DNA of 51,626 nucleotides from Candidatus Epulonipiscium fishelsonii (lineage in GTDB: Bacteria > Bacillota > Clostridia > Lachnospirales > Cellulosilyticaceae). The notes beneath the pieces are model-generated. The model was not told the DNA's origin, did not search any database, and worked only from the letters and a program-made list of their open reading frames with translations. Below, piece after piece: positions 18,301 to 26,904 of the stretch. The position numbers and the translations under genes are program-made. The DNA lies in the NCBI GenBank assembly GCA_001983475.1, contig LJHD01000038.1, positions 1 to 51,626 on the forward strand, written 5' to 3'. How positions within the stretch are numbered: the stretch's first letter is position 1; the number at the start of each line of letters is the position of its first letter.

Positions 18301-20027
18301 GTAGTTGTTGCATTTTCTATTTCTGCTTTTGCTGCTTGAATATCCTCTAATGGCATTATAGCTATTGATTTTAATGCTTCTGTTGCTACTTCAATTGCTT
18401 CTTCAAACATTTCTTGCTCTTCTTCAGTTACCCATTTTAATACATCTTCTGCTGGTGGATCAACTTTTGGATCTGTTAGCAAGTCTAATCCATCATATTC
18501 ACTAACTAAAATTTTCTTATTTGTTAAATTTTCTTTTGCTGCCTCAATTGCAGCTTCCAAAGCATCCCCTTCGGCACCAAATGTATCTTTAAGACCAGTT
18601 GATAAACCAGCCAATGTTGTTTGTAAAGCTGTTAAATTAGCTATTTCAATAGAAATTTGGGTTGTTGTTGCTTCTTTATCATCATAAACATCTTGAGCTG
18701 TTTCAATTATTCCTTTATAAATCTCATATGGTCCTTTTGTCGTCCACTTATCGCTAGAACTTACATCTGCACCATTTGCACTTAATTTTACCCCTTCAAA
18801 TATGTCTCTAGTCTCATCAAGTTCGGTTTCTAATTCTGCTTTAGCGGTTTTAATATCTGAAGCTGCTCCAGTTCCATTTGCAGCAATTGCATCTGTAAAA
18901 GCAGTAAGTGCAGTTTCTAAAGCTAAAGTCGCTCCTGATGTAATATCTACAGAGTTTGCTTTTGCTTCTTTAACTGTATCATGTTTTGAATATACGCTTT
19001 CTGCTACTTTAAGTGCTGATTCTAATGCCTTATACTGTTCTTCTGTTACCCAAGTAGTCCATGCATCCATTCCATCTTCACTTACCATTGGAGGATTTAC
19101 TTCTATTGGATCAGTTTCAACACCATTTGCTCTTTGAGGAGCTTCAACTGCTGGAGCGGAAGTACGTTCAGTTTGTGGAATTTCCGTTAAGTAAGCTTTA
19201 ACCTCTGATATTAAATTAAACATACCATCTTGAGCCACTACCAAAGTTCCTTGGCCAGATGTTATTTCAATTGCAAAATGTGAAGTTGCTGCACTTAATT
19301 CATTATAAGCATCTACTAAAAATTGTTCTGCTGGAACATCAGCAACCGTTGATATTGAAGCAAATGATACTGGATTAACTGGGGCATCTCCATAATTTAT
19401 TTTTTTAGACTTTTCATCGTATACATCTTGAGCTTCTTCAATTGCTTCTTCAAATGTATCCCATGCGTCTTGAGTTACCCATGTTTCACTAGTAGTAATT
19501 TCAATACCGCCAATTTCACTTATGTTTGGTGCTACTGGAGCTCCTTCACCAATACCAAGTAATCCTTTAGCCTCTGTTATTTTTTCATATAACTGATTCA
19601 CTGCGTTTTGGTATACATCATTTATTCCAGCTTTCTTTAAAGCCTCATATTTTGCAGTTAAATCTGTTAGTTCAGTGATTGCATCTTCAATCATTTCTAC
19701 AATTTCATTTACTGAATCATCATAATCTTCTTTGTCATCCATTGGAACCCAAAAATTAGTATTATTTATATCTGCTCCTTTTTCATCACTGCCCAAAACT
19801 TGGTCTCTTAATTCAATTGCTGTCACAAGCAAGGCATCAATTTCTACCGCTGCTGATGATACTGTTGCAATATCATAATTTCCCATTGGCGACATATATG
19901 ATGTCGCTCCCCCATTTCGTTGCATACTATACATCCCATACTCTGCTGCAGATGTTATAATTGGTGTTGTAGTAGCAATTGTTGCCAATGCTAATGCTAA
20001 TCTTTTTCTGAATTTGTTAATAGCCAT
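15399..20027 (-). CDS. Giant secreted repeat protein (1542 aa) with helical FIVAR-like modules and a C-terminal Glu/Arg low-complexity tail
   Basis: Signal-peptide-like N-terminus MAINKFRKRLALALATIATTTPIITSAAE. At least 13 modules of the type (G/A)xD(V/I)...W(V/A)Txxxxxx(F/Y)xxAIxxAxxVY. Tail (RER-EEEEE)n, then (PEVEEEEEEE)n, ending DDGPQFEVAGK. RBS CAGGGGGAAG. Confidence 0.85.
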   Translation of the reverse strand: MAINKFRKRLALALATIATTTPIITSAAEYGMYSMQRNGGATSYMSPMGNYDIATVSSAAVEIDALLVTAIELRDQVLGSDEKGADINNTNFWVPMDDKEDYDDSVNEIVEMIEDAITELTDLTAKYEALKKAGINDVYQNAVNQLYEKITEAKGLLGIGEGAPVAPNISEIGGIEITTSETWVTQDAWDTFEEAIEEAQDVYDEKSKKINYGDAPVNPVSFASISTVADVPAEQFLVDAYNELSAATSHFAIEITSGQGTLVVAQDGMFNLISEVKAYLTEIPQTERTSAPAVEAPQRANGVETDPIEVNPPMVSEDGMDAWTTWVTEEQYKALESALKVAESVYSKHDTVKEAKANSVDITSGATLALETALTAFTDAIAANGTGAASDIKTAKAELETELDETRDIFEGVKLSANGADVSSSDKWTTKGPYEIYKGIIETAQDVYDDKEATTTQISIEIANLTALQTTLAGLSTGLKDTFGAEGDALEAAIEAAKENLTNKKILVSEYDGLDLLTDPKVDPPAEDVLKWVTEEEQEMFEEAIEVATEALKSIAIMPLEDIQAAKAEIENATTTFTTISAEPISNIKKVLHDQIVAATDSTTSVVVSVNGAELDTNIEWVTKFTMDSYKKAIEDAIDVRDHKASTKAIVERTTNSLTLATSAFTLGIQETTTKGELLTSKDTLLNNINAEKDAIGRPQITSTGSYATTVSGTQLYFENEHFGFDVENSKKWAEPDDIEDYNDVIEDAIEVYTNPKANLTSIKSAISTLATKKIAFEKLVTSGQQTEFEALVSTSGSFSTLIKNIETNVTSVAANSLGGVGVAEAEYWALSSDIGKVKSAVATAKKEEATAKLYKLELDEIKDAEKELQAASKVFFGTTDGSLSTDVVILETAKVKLGLGDGTTDITATITSAQAYVTSGSSYTTVSALKGEDVETGAFWVDEDMMEELEAGIKAAQAVADLAAEGKTTKEKIDEANEELKEILRDFEAVRKAGLGTFIPAETALSEAVNTAYALINVSKTVGTGAATSPSAIISESELGTGTDVVEANLWVTPSQFSSYEKAIDTAAKAYISSSKNAASLTKATATLATATATINAAATRNGHGTKETFDQLYTDLGTLITSSKALIAPTAFRESSVNGTDVDASLQWSTSKDLDKFEDSLDVAMEVWEEEESTVADLTASKDSLTSAQALFVAACAPGLKGETVSAKVDLLAQINLVKPLLSTKTSRYGGTDISSRYKWVPYSTTDGSIAPLKALDMAYDKAYDLYKEQSVTPGAIIAETSALEAAITAFNDIAQEGTKEDVDAARADLEDAIDDAGDATRGIIRSIDGANVDPRDDWAPDSAFTALSTAISNAKKVLADKNKTADELDAAVIALESAIGDFENAIQAGTKGRSAQSINAGWNMQVPAIPSISMMSEEEREREEEEEREREEEEEREREEEEEREREEEEEREREEEEEREREEQEREEEEREEEEEEPEVEEEEEEEPEVEEEEEEEPEVEEEEEEEPEVEEEEEEEPEVEEEEEEEDDGPQFEVAGK
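15420..15775 (-). repeat. In-frame coding tandem repeats (30-nt PEVEEEEEEE units and 24-nt REREEEEE units)
   Basis: Direct tandem periodicity is visible in the DNA. The plus-strand ORFs 15344-15787 and 15420-15782 are mirror artefacts of this tract. Confidence 0.9.
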
Positions 20028-20070
20028 TCAACTTCCCCCTGTTTTTCAAATTTTTTACTCTACAATATAT

Positions 20071-20097
20071 ATATCGTTTAATTTTTAATAACATTTA
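20071..20097 (-). promoter_or_regulatory. Sigma-D/FliA-like promoter candidate for the 1542-aa gene
   Basis: The minus strand reads TAAA-TGTTATTAAAAATTAAA-CGATAT. This gives the spacing of the Bacillus sigma-D consensus TAAA-N15-GCCGATAT, and it lies about 45 nt upstream of the ATG. Confidence 0.4.
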
Positions 20098-20402
20098 TAT
20101 AACATTTTTCATATATTTTTTTTTGCATTAATAGTTGTTTTTGGATTTATATCCTGATATATATAAATTAGTTTCATATTTTGCTATAAATTAGTCAAAT
20201 TAATTATATATTTTTAGGATATAAAAAAAATTTATATCGAGCAAAATGTTTTAATCAATAAAAATTAAATCTCTACTAAATTGTTAAATAGATAAATCTC
20301 TAATTTCTCATAATTTATAAACACAACTTTTAATGGTTTCCCTACACCTAAATGCTTTTATAAAAGAAAATAATGGCTCAATTGCAACTCTATAAAAAAA
20401 TG

Positions 20403-20439
20403 AAAAAAAATACTAGAGATTTTTAAAAAATCCCTAGTA
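20403..20439 (-). terminator. Rho-independent terminator after the 2000-aa gene
   Basis: Minus-strand stem TACTAGGGATTTTT / AAAAATCTCTAGTA (one mismatch), followed by a T8 run. Confidence 0.65.
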
Positions 20440-20521
20440 TTAATTCAATATTTAGATTAAAATAAATTTAATTTCCTGCCATTTCAAATTGAGGCCCATC
20501 ATCTTCCTCTTCTTCCTCTTC

Positions 20522-20965
20522 TTATACTACAGGTTCTTCCTCCTCTTCTTCTTCTTCTACTTCAGGTTCTTCCTCCTCTTCTTCTTCCTCTTCTTCAGGT
20601 TCATCTTCCTCTTCTACTTCTTCCTCTTCTTCAGCCTCTTCACGTTCTTGTTCTTCTCGTTCTTGCTCTTCTCGCTCTTGTTCTTCTCGTTCTTGTTCTT
20701 CTCGTTCTTGCTCTTCTCGTTCTTGTTCTTCTCGTTCTTGCTCTTCTCGTTCTTGTTCTTCTCGCTCTTGTTCTTCTCGTTCTTGCTCTTCTCGCTCTTG
20801 TTCTTCTCGTTCTTGCTCTTCTCGTTCTTGTTCTTCTCGCTCTTGTTCTTCTCGTTCTTGCTCTTCTCGTTCTTGCTCTTCTCGTTCACGTTCCTCTTCT
20901 TCACGTTCCTCTTCTTCTCGTTCCTCTTCTTCTCGTTCCTCTTCTTCACGTTCTCGTTCTTCTTC
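20522..20965 (-). repeat. In-frame coding tandem repeats (15-nt REEQE units and E-rich units)
   Basis: CTCTTCTCGTTCTTG-type 15-nt periodicity. ORFs 20489-21019(+) and 20614-20949(-) are frame or mirror artefacts. Confidence 0.9.
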
Positions 20966-23900
20966 AGATGTTATTGCAAATATAGAACTATCTCCAATAG
21001 GCTCTCCATCCATTATTAATGCAGAAATATCTAAGATTGAATCTTCAAACGGATCATTTCCTGACGTAGGTTCCGTATCAGTTCTTCCAGAGTGATATTC
21101 AAACCATTGAGTTGCATTATAAAGAACACTTCTTATCCCAGCAGTAGTAGTTGTTGAACCAATAGCCTCATATCTTTTGCCAAGTACAGCTGCTGTTGGT
21201 TTGCTTTCTGTCACAGTACCATCATTATTAGGAGTATACATTGTTCCTTCTACAGATGCATATCTATTGATATAAACAGCATTTGCTTGATCAATTATTT
21301 CTTCAAAGTCTCTAATTGCAAACGGAGATAGATAATATTTGCCATCTTCTTTACCACTAATACTTGTGCTTGAAATAGTGTAACGTAACAATAACTTAGC
21401 TGCATCCATTTCTTTTTTCAAATCAGCTTTTGCTAAAAGTGTGTCTTCTTTATTTCCTTTATAAGCATAGGCATCAACTTCGTCTATTAAAAGTTTTAAA
21501 TCATTTGTTACTTTTAGCAATTCTTGTTCAGCATAAGCTCCCTTTCTAGCTCTGCTCATTGAATTTGCTATGTTATATGCCGCACTGATTTCTTCTATTA
21601 TTGTTTTTCCACTTGCTCTATCTAAACTACTTACCAAGGTATGAGTATTTGAAACATCTGATCCAGTCCCTAGTGGTGTTATTTTTATCATAGCCATAGT
21701 GTTTTTTGCCCTTGCTACCAAGCTATTTAATGCTGCTATAGTTCCATCTATATCTGTTGCTCCAGCAGTATAATATTGTGGTGCATAATCTCCCCTATCT
21801 GCATAGTCTCCATCAGCATTTGCATCAAGACCAACAAATTTGTCGTTTGCTAATTTTAAAGCAGTAATTGCTTTTTCTAAGTTAATTTGTGTAATATCAA
21901 TATCTGAAAATGCTTTCATTGCAGCATTAATTGCATTTGTAAATGTAGCAGTGTTAGATTTAGATGCCCAAGCTGTTCCAGCATCTACATCAGTTCCTTT
22001 TAGATCACTAATTTGGAATGTTGTTCCACCATCACTAATGTCAAACCCAGTACCATCTGCATTAATAGCTGCTATTTTTCCAATTAATGCATGTGAATCT
22101 ATAATTAAAGTACTAATAGTAGTTCTTAAACCATCAAGATTATCTTTAGTTCCTGCTCCAGATTTTATCCCTGCTGCAAGCCAAGTTGCAATGTTCTTTT
22201 CAAGAGTTTCAATATATTTACCCATAACAGTTAAATCATAACTTGGATTTGAGTAATATCCTCTGTGTAATTTAAGAGTATTTTCCATTCCACTAAATAC
22301 CGCAGCACTCATCCATAAATACTTACCTTCAACGTCAACTCCGTTGTTATAAACACTTTTTCTAATACCTTCCATTGCAGCAGGTATTTTATCTTTAATT
22401 TCCTGTGTAATAAAGTCTTTATCAGCAAATGCTAATTGTAAATCTGTAATTGCTGTTCCAGCTACAGTGGTAAAGTCTGTAGAAGAATCAATTACATCAT
22501 AATTTGGTAATCCAACAATATCATTCACAAAGTTCATTAACGTAATATACTCTGTTTTCACTGGTGCAAGTAAATCTGATCCATTCATAGCAATATCAAT
22601 ATATTGTTTGAACACGTCTACAGCTTTTTGTAAGTTTACTTGAGCTGTGTTAAAGTATGACATATTGAACATTCCTGCTGGTACATATGTTGGAAGTAAT
22701 AATCCACCAGTTGTACTTCCTGTATATCTAAGCAATAAAGCTTCTGCTGTTTCAATTGCTTTTTTGAATGCATCATAATACTTAGCATCAACCCATTTAT
22801 CTCCTGCGGCAACATCTTGACCGTTTATTGCACTACGTTTAACAGTTAAAAGAAGTGCATTTGCAGCTTCAACGTCTAACACTAGTGCATCGTCTTCTCT
22901 TTCTTTAAATCCTTTTTGAAGTTTTCCTACAACCTCTGGTGTGTCACCTGAAGCTGGTACTCCAAAGAAAATATCATATGCTGCTTTGAAAGTATCATAT
23001 GCTGCTTTAAATTGATCATGAGTTAATTTATTTATTGCTTCATTTTTAAGTGCAAGGTCAGCGGCTTTAATTGCGTTATTTATAGCACCAATTGAAGCTG
23101 CATCAGTCCAATCCACAGTGTTCTCAATATCTGCTCCGTAGTATCTTGATATTAAAATTTTGTATCCTTTACCCCAAATAATGTTAGCTGGATCATTATA
23201 TACAGCTGTTGCTGCAGTATTATATAAAGTTTCAAATTCTGTTCTTAATGTTGCTGCAGATGTTGCTCCAACAGCTGTCTTAGCTGTTAAATCTAAGAAC
23301 TTAGTAATCTCTGTTTGTAAAGTAACAATTGCTTTTGATATAGTCGCATCTGTTGGTCTTGTAGATTTCCAAGCAGTTTCTGCAACTGCAATTTTTGATA
23401 TGAATGTTCTCATTTCAGCTTCTGTTACCCATTTATCTCCTGCATTTAAAGGTTCTTGAGTAGTAATTTCTACACCATTAGAATCAGTGGTAACTGCAAG
23501 TTTATTTTTACCATTGTCTATACTTGTATAAACAGAAGTTGTTACTTCTGGAGTTTTATCATCAATATATTCAACATCTAAATGAGTATTTCCTATAATA
23601 AGAGCTTTTGCTTCATTTACTTTATCTGATAATTCATTCATTTTTGGAACAAGTGTACCAACACCAGGTGCAGTTATAAATTTAGATTTTGCTAATTCAA
23701 GATCTATAATTGCTTTTTCAACAGTTCCACTTTTTTCAGCTGGACCAGGATATATTTTTTGATTGTTTAATGCAACAATAGCTTTATCAACTGCTGAGTC
23801 AAATGCAGCTTTAACTGCAGGTGTTGCCCAAAATTCATCAGGTTTAACTTCAACTCCACCTACATTACTTACTTTAGTATTTCTTAATTCACTAGCATAT

Positions 23901-26524
23901 CCACTATTTCCATCTTCTCCATAAATTAAGTTAAATAATCTAGATTTAACATCAGTTGGAGTTTTTGCTGCACTGTTAAAGGCAATAACTGCTGCATTTA
24001 ATGCTTCCATTGCTCTTTCAACTTCACTTGGTAAAGTAGTATTTCCTACTCCAAGTTTTTCATTTTTAAATTCTTGTGCAACAAATATAGCATCAATTAA
24101 AGCTTGCATATTGTCTTTAGAAATATATTTCACTGAATCTGTTGTTACCTCATAAGTTTTTATTGAACCTGTTGTTGTTCCGTCAATATTAGTTACTGTT
24201 GTTGTTGTTGTAAGTAGGTCCAGACCTTCATATATGCTAATTGAAGCTGTTGTTGTTAGAGCCATTGCTTTCTCAAGTAAAGCATTAAATTCAGTTGTAT
24301 CTTCCTCTTTTCCTTCTGAGCCTGAACTCATATAAGATTGTTTAAATTCGCTAGTTGCAGCATATAATTCTTTTGCTTTTTGTTCAATATATTTTAATCT
24401 GTCTTTATACTCAAAAGGTTCCCCTGATGGTAAAATTTGATTTTCAATGTAAAGTGGAGTTGTAACTTCTTGGTCTTTAATCTCTTCAATTGCTTGAACT
24501 ATTTCAACATAAGCTTTATAAGTTTCTGTAGCCACCCATTGTGATGGAGACGTTACATCTGCACCTTCAATTGAGCTTGGTTTTACTGTAAATGTTGAAT
24601 CATCTGTTGGTCCAGATAATACACCATTTTCAACTTTAGCATCACCAATTTCAGCTCTTGCTGCAGCAACTACGCTTAACAAGCCTTTAGATTTTAAATC
24701 CGTCTCTACACCCATTACTTCTGCATAATCTTCTTTAAAGCCTTCTTCTATTTTAGTCGCGAACTCTAGTGTTGCATTTTCAATAGCTATAACACCATTT
24801 TCATAATCTAATAAATCATGTGCACCAGTTGTTGCATCATAAAGAGTTTTAGCTGATGTAATAGCTGTATCCAATTTAGTCCAATCTATTGTTGATACCC
24901 ACATATAAGCTTCTGAAGTTTGTGTACCATGCTTATCATCTTGTTGTACTACAAGACTTATATCAGCATTTGCAACTCCACTAGTTGTGTATCCTCTTTC
25001 CAGTTGAGCCTCAAAGATAGCTTTTTGTAATTTTTCTTTTTCTTCAATAATTTCAGGCATTTGCCCTTCTTCATAAGAATCAATAAATTTATTTAATGCT
25101 CTTTTAAGAATATTAATTGCTTTATCAATAGTCTCGGTTGTTTCATGACTTGTTTCACTTTCATCAGTTGGAGCAAAAACTCCATCAACTATACCGTCAT
25201 TAGCCTCAAAAGCAGCTTCAGCTATAGCTACAGCGGCCGTTAAAATATCTACATCTGCTGTAGTTACCCAAGAAGCCCACAAATCTCTTCCTTCAATATC
25301 ACTTACTAAAACATGAGTAACAGTTGCTGTTGTAACACCTTCAGGGAAAGTATCGTCTTCTTCTTTAGCCAAATAATATTCATTGTTTGGATCAATATAA
25401 TAAGGATGGCCACTTGTGTTATATAAAAATCTTGTATTATCTTCATCAGTATCCTCGGTAATAGTAAGATCCGCAGTTGTAACATTATCTATCCATTCTT
25501 TATTAGCTGTTGTAACATTTAAGTGTATATTTGAAACGTCTATTAAACTTTCAAGTCCTTCTCTTGCAATAACAATTTCACCATCTTGCATTTGTCCAGC
25601 AAATGCATCTTTAAATGCCAAAGCAGCACCAATTGCAGTATCCACTGTGTTTGCTACATATGTATCACCAGATGTTTGGACTCCATATAAATTATTAGCC
25701 ATTTCAAGAATTTTTTCTCTAGAGATATCAGGATTCGCTACAGGTATGCTTCTTGCTATTAATCCAGGTGAAGTTGACCTATATACTTTAGTTAAATAGT
25801 CTTTTGCTTCATCAATTGCCACTTTAAATGCATCATAATCTGCTTTGCTTATCCAACCTTTACCTTTTTCAACATCTTTTCCATCAGTTGAACTTATCAT
25901 ATATTCGCCATTTGTTGTTGCTTGTGTAATAGCTGATTCTGTTGTTGCAATAAGTTCTTCTGCTGCAAGTATAGCTCTATATAATCCATCAACATGTCCT
26001 TGATATGATACAGAGATACCTGTTGTACGACTTAATTCAGTGGTAATTGGAGTAATTGCTGCATTTACTGCTGTCATATCCATTCCTATTGTTTCATCTG
26101 ATCCTTGAACAATAGAAGCTCTTGTTGTACTTACGTCTGAATCTGCATAGTTATTATTTAATTTAATCAATGCATTTTGAGCAGCTTCAATGATAGCTAA
26201 AAGTTCTGTAACTTTTGAATCATATGTAGTTTTCATTTCTGTAGTGGTCCAATGATATGCTTGATCTGTTGCTTTTCCATCAACATCTGAACCATCGCTA
26301 TCACTTGCAATTGTACCTCCTACCAAATTATGTGCATTAATAATTGCATCTTCTAAGTGGCCAAAATCATAAGTAGTAATCTCCGTTATATCTGTTATAT
26401 CTGTATGTTCCTGAGTAATATTAAAATCATGATTAAATTGTTCAGCCGACACCATTATCGGTGTTGCACTAGTTATCATTGCCATAGCTAGTGACAATCT
26501 TCTACTAAATTTTTTGTTTGCCAT
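20522..26524 (-). CDS. Giant secreted repeat protein (about 2000 aa), paralog of 15399-20027, with a C-terminal Glu/Arg/Gln low-complexity tail
   Basis: Start moved to ATG 26524 (MANKKFSRRLSLAMAMITSATPIMVSAEQ) behind CAGGGGGAAG, the same RBS context as the paralog. It has the same W-x-T...F-x-x-A-I modules. Tail (EEEER)n, then (EQERE)n for about 20 units, then EEEEEPEV-type units. Confidence 0.85.
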   Translation of the reverse strand: MANKKFSRRLSLAMAMITSATPIMVSAEQFNHDFNITQEHTDITDITEITTYDFGHLEDAIINAHNLVGGTIASDSDGSDVDGKATDQAYHWTTTEMKTTYDSKVTELLAIIEAAQNALIKLNNNYADSDVSTTRASIVQGSDETIGMDMTAVNAAITPITTELSRTTGISVSYQGHVDGLYRAILAAEELIATTESAITQATTNGEYMISSTDGKDVEKGKGWISKADYDAFKVAIDEAKDYLTKVYRSTSPGLIARSIPVANPDISREKILEMANNLYGVQTSGDTYVANTVDTAIGAALAFKDAFAGQMQDGEIVIAREGLESLIDVSNIHLNVTTANKEWIDNVTTADLTITEDTDEDNTRFLYNTSGHPYYIDPNNEYYLAKEEDDTFPEGVTTATVTHVLVSDIEGRDLWASWVTTADVDILTAAVAIAEAAFEANDGIVDGVFAPTDESETSHETTETIDKAINILKRALNKFIDSYEEGQMPEIIEEKEKLQKAIFEAQLERGYTTSGVANADISLVVQQDDKHGTQTSEAYMWVSTIDWTKLDTAITSAKTLYDATTGAHDLLDYENGVIAIENATLEFATKIEEGFKEDYAEVMGVETDLKSKGLLSVVAAARAEIGDAKVENGVLSGPTDDSTFTVKPSSIEGADVTSPSQWVATETYKAYVEIVQAIEEIKDQEVTTPLYIENQILPSGEPFEYKDRLKYIEQKAKELYAATSEFKQSYMSSGSEGKEEDTTEFNALLEKAMALTTTASISIYEGLDLLTTTTTVTNIDGTTTGSIKTYEVTTDSVKYISKDNMQALIDAIFVAQEFKNEKLGVGNTTLPSEVERAMEALNAAVIAFNSAAKTPTDVKSRLFNLIYGEDGNSGYASELRNTKVSNVGGVEVKPDEFWATPAVKAAFDSAVDKAIVALNNQKIYPGPAEKSGTVEKAIIDLELAKSKFITAPGVGTLVPKMNELSDKVNEAKALIIGNTHLDVEYIDDKTPEVTTSVYTSIDNGKNKLAVTTDSNGVEITTQEPLNAGDKWVTEAEMRTFISKIAVAETAWKSTRPTDATISKAIVTLQTEITKFLDLTAKTAVGATSAATLRTEFETLYNTAATAVYNDPANIIWGKGYKILISRYYGADIENTVDWTDAASIGAINNAIKAADLALKNEAINKLTHDQFKAAYDTFKAAYDIFFGVPASGDTPEVVGKLQKGFKEREDDALVLDVEAANALLLTVKRSAINGQDVAAGDKWVDAKYYDAFKKAIETAEALLLRYTGSTTGGLLLPTYVPAGMFNMSYFNTAQVNLQKAVDVFKQYIDIAMNGSDLLAPVKTEYITLMNFVNDIVGLPNYDVIDSSTDFTTVAGTAITDLQLAFADKDFITQEIKDKIPAAMEGIRKSVYNNGVDVEGKYLWMSAAVFSGMENTLKLHRGYYSNPSYDLTVMGKYIETLEKNIATWLAAGIKSGAGTKDNLDGLRTTISTLIIDSHALIGKIAAINADGTGFDISDGGTTFQISDLKGTDVDAGTAWASKSNTATFTNAINAAMKAFSDIDITQINLEKAITALKLANDKFVGLDANADGDYADRGDYAPQYYTAGATDIDGTIAALNSLVARAKNTMAMIKITPLGTGSDVSNTHTLVSSLDRASGKTIIEEISAAYNIANSMSRARKGAYAEQELLKVTNDLKLLIDEVDAYAYKGNKEDTLLAKADLKKEMDAAKLLLRYTISSTSISGKEDGKYYLSPFAIRDFEEIIDQANAVYINRYASVEGTMYTPNNDGTVTESKPTAAVLGKRYEAIGSTTTTAGIRSVLYNATQWFEYHSGRTDTEPTSGNDPFEDSILDISALIMDGEPIGDSSIFAITSEEEREREEEEREEEEREEEEREEEEREREEQEREEQEREEQEREEQEREEQEREEQEREEQEREEQEREEQEREEQEREEQEREEQEREEQEREEQEREEQEREEQEREEAEEEEEVEEEDEPEEEEEEEEEEPEVEEEEEEEEPVV

Positions 26525-26577
26525 TTTATCTTCCCCCTGATAGTAATTTCTTCCATAATAATTTCTTAACAAGAAGT

Positions 26578-26604
26578 ATATCGTCATTTTTTTTTATTAT
26601 TTTA
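26578..26604 (-). promoter_or_regulatory. Sigma-D/FliA-like promoter candidate for the 2000-aa gene
   Basis: The minus strand reads TAAA-ATAATAAAAAAAAATGA-CGATAT, the same TAAA-N17-CGATAT architecture as at 20071-20097. The -10 region GACGATAT matches GCCGATAT at 7 of 8 positions. Confidence 0.4.
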
Positions 26605-26808
26605 TATTATATTTTTCACAAATTTATTTTTGGTTTAATGTTTAAATTCATGCTTTAATACCAATCTTTATAAGTTTGTCTTATATTTTTATATTTTTAA
26701 TTAGATTAGTTGTACATTTTTATTATATAAAAAAAAGTAATATCATGTAAAAATAATATTATATAAAACGATATAACAAAAAAAATAATATTATATAAAA
26801 TGATATAA

Positions 26809-26847
26809 CAAAAAAAGTAATATCATATAAAATTACATGATATTACT
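26809..26847 (-). terminator. Rho-independent terminator after the TDT transporter gene
   Basis: Minus-strand stem AGTAATATCAT / ATGATATTACT, followed by a T-run. Confidence 0.6.
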
Positions 26848-26904
26848 CAACATTTTTTTAAATAAACTCCTGTAATACTTTGTTTAATACTCTAAGCCTC
26901 CCAA

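Noticed and set aside
26748-26774. Third TAAA-N17-CGATAT match, on the plus strand
   Set aside because: No sense gene lies downstream, since it points antisense into the TDT gene. It also sits within an A/T-rich duplicated repeat where TAAA is trivially frequent. It is treated as a caveat rather than called as a promoter.
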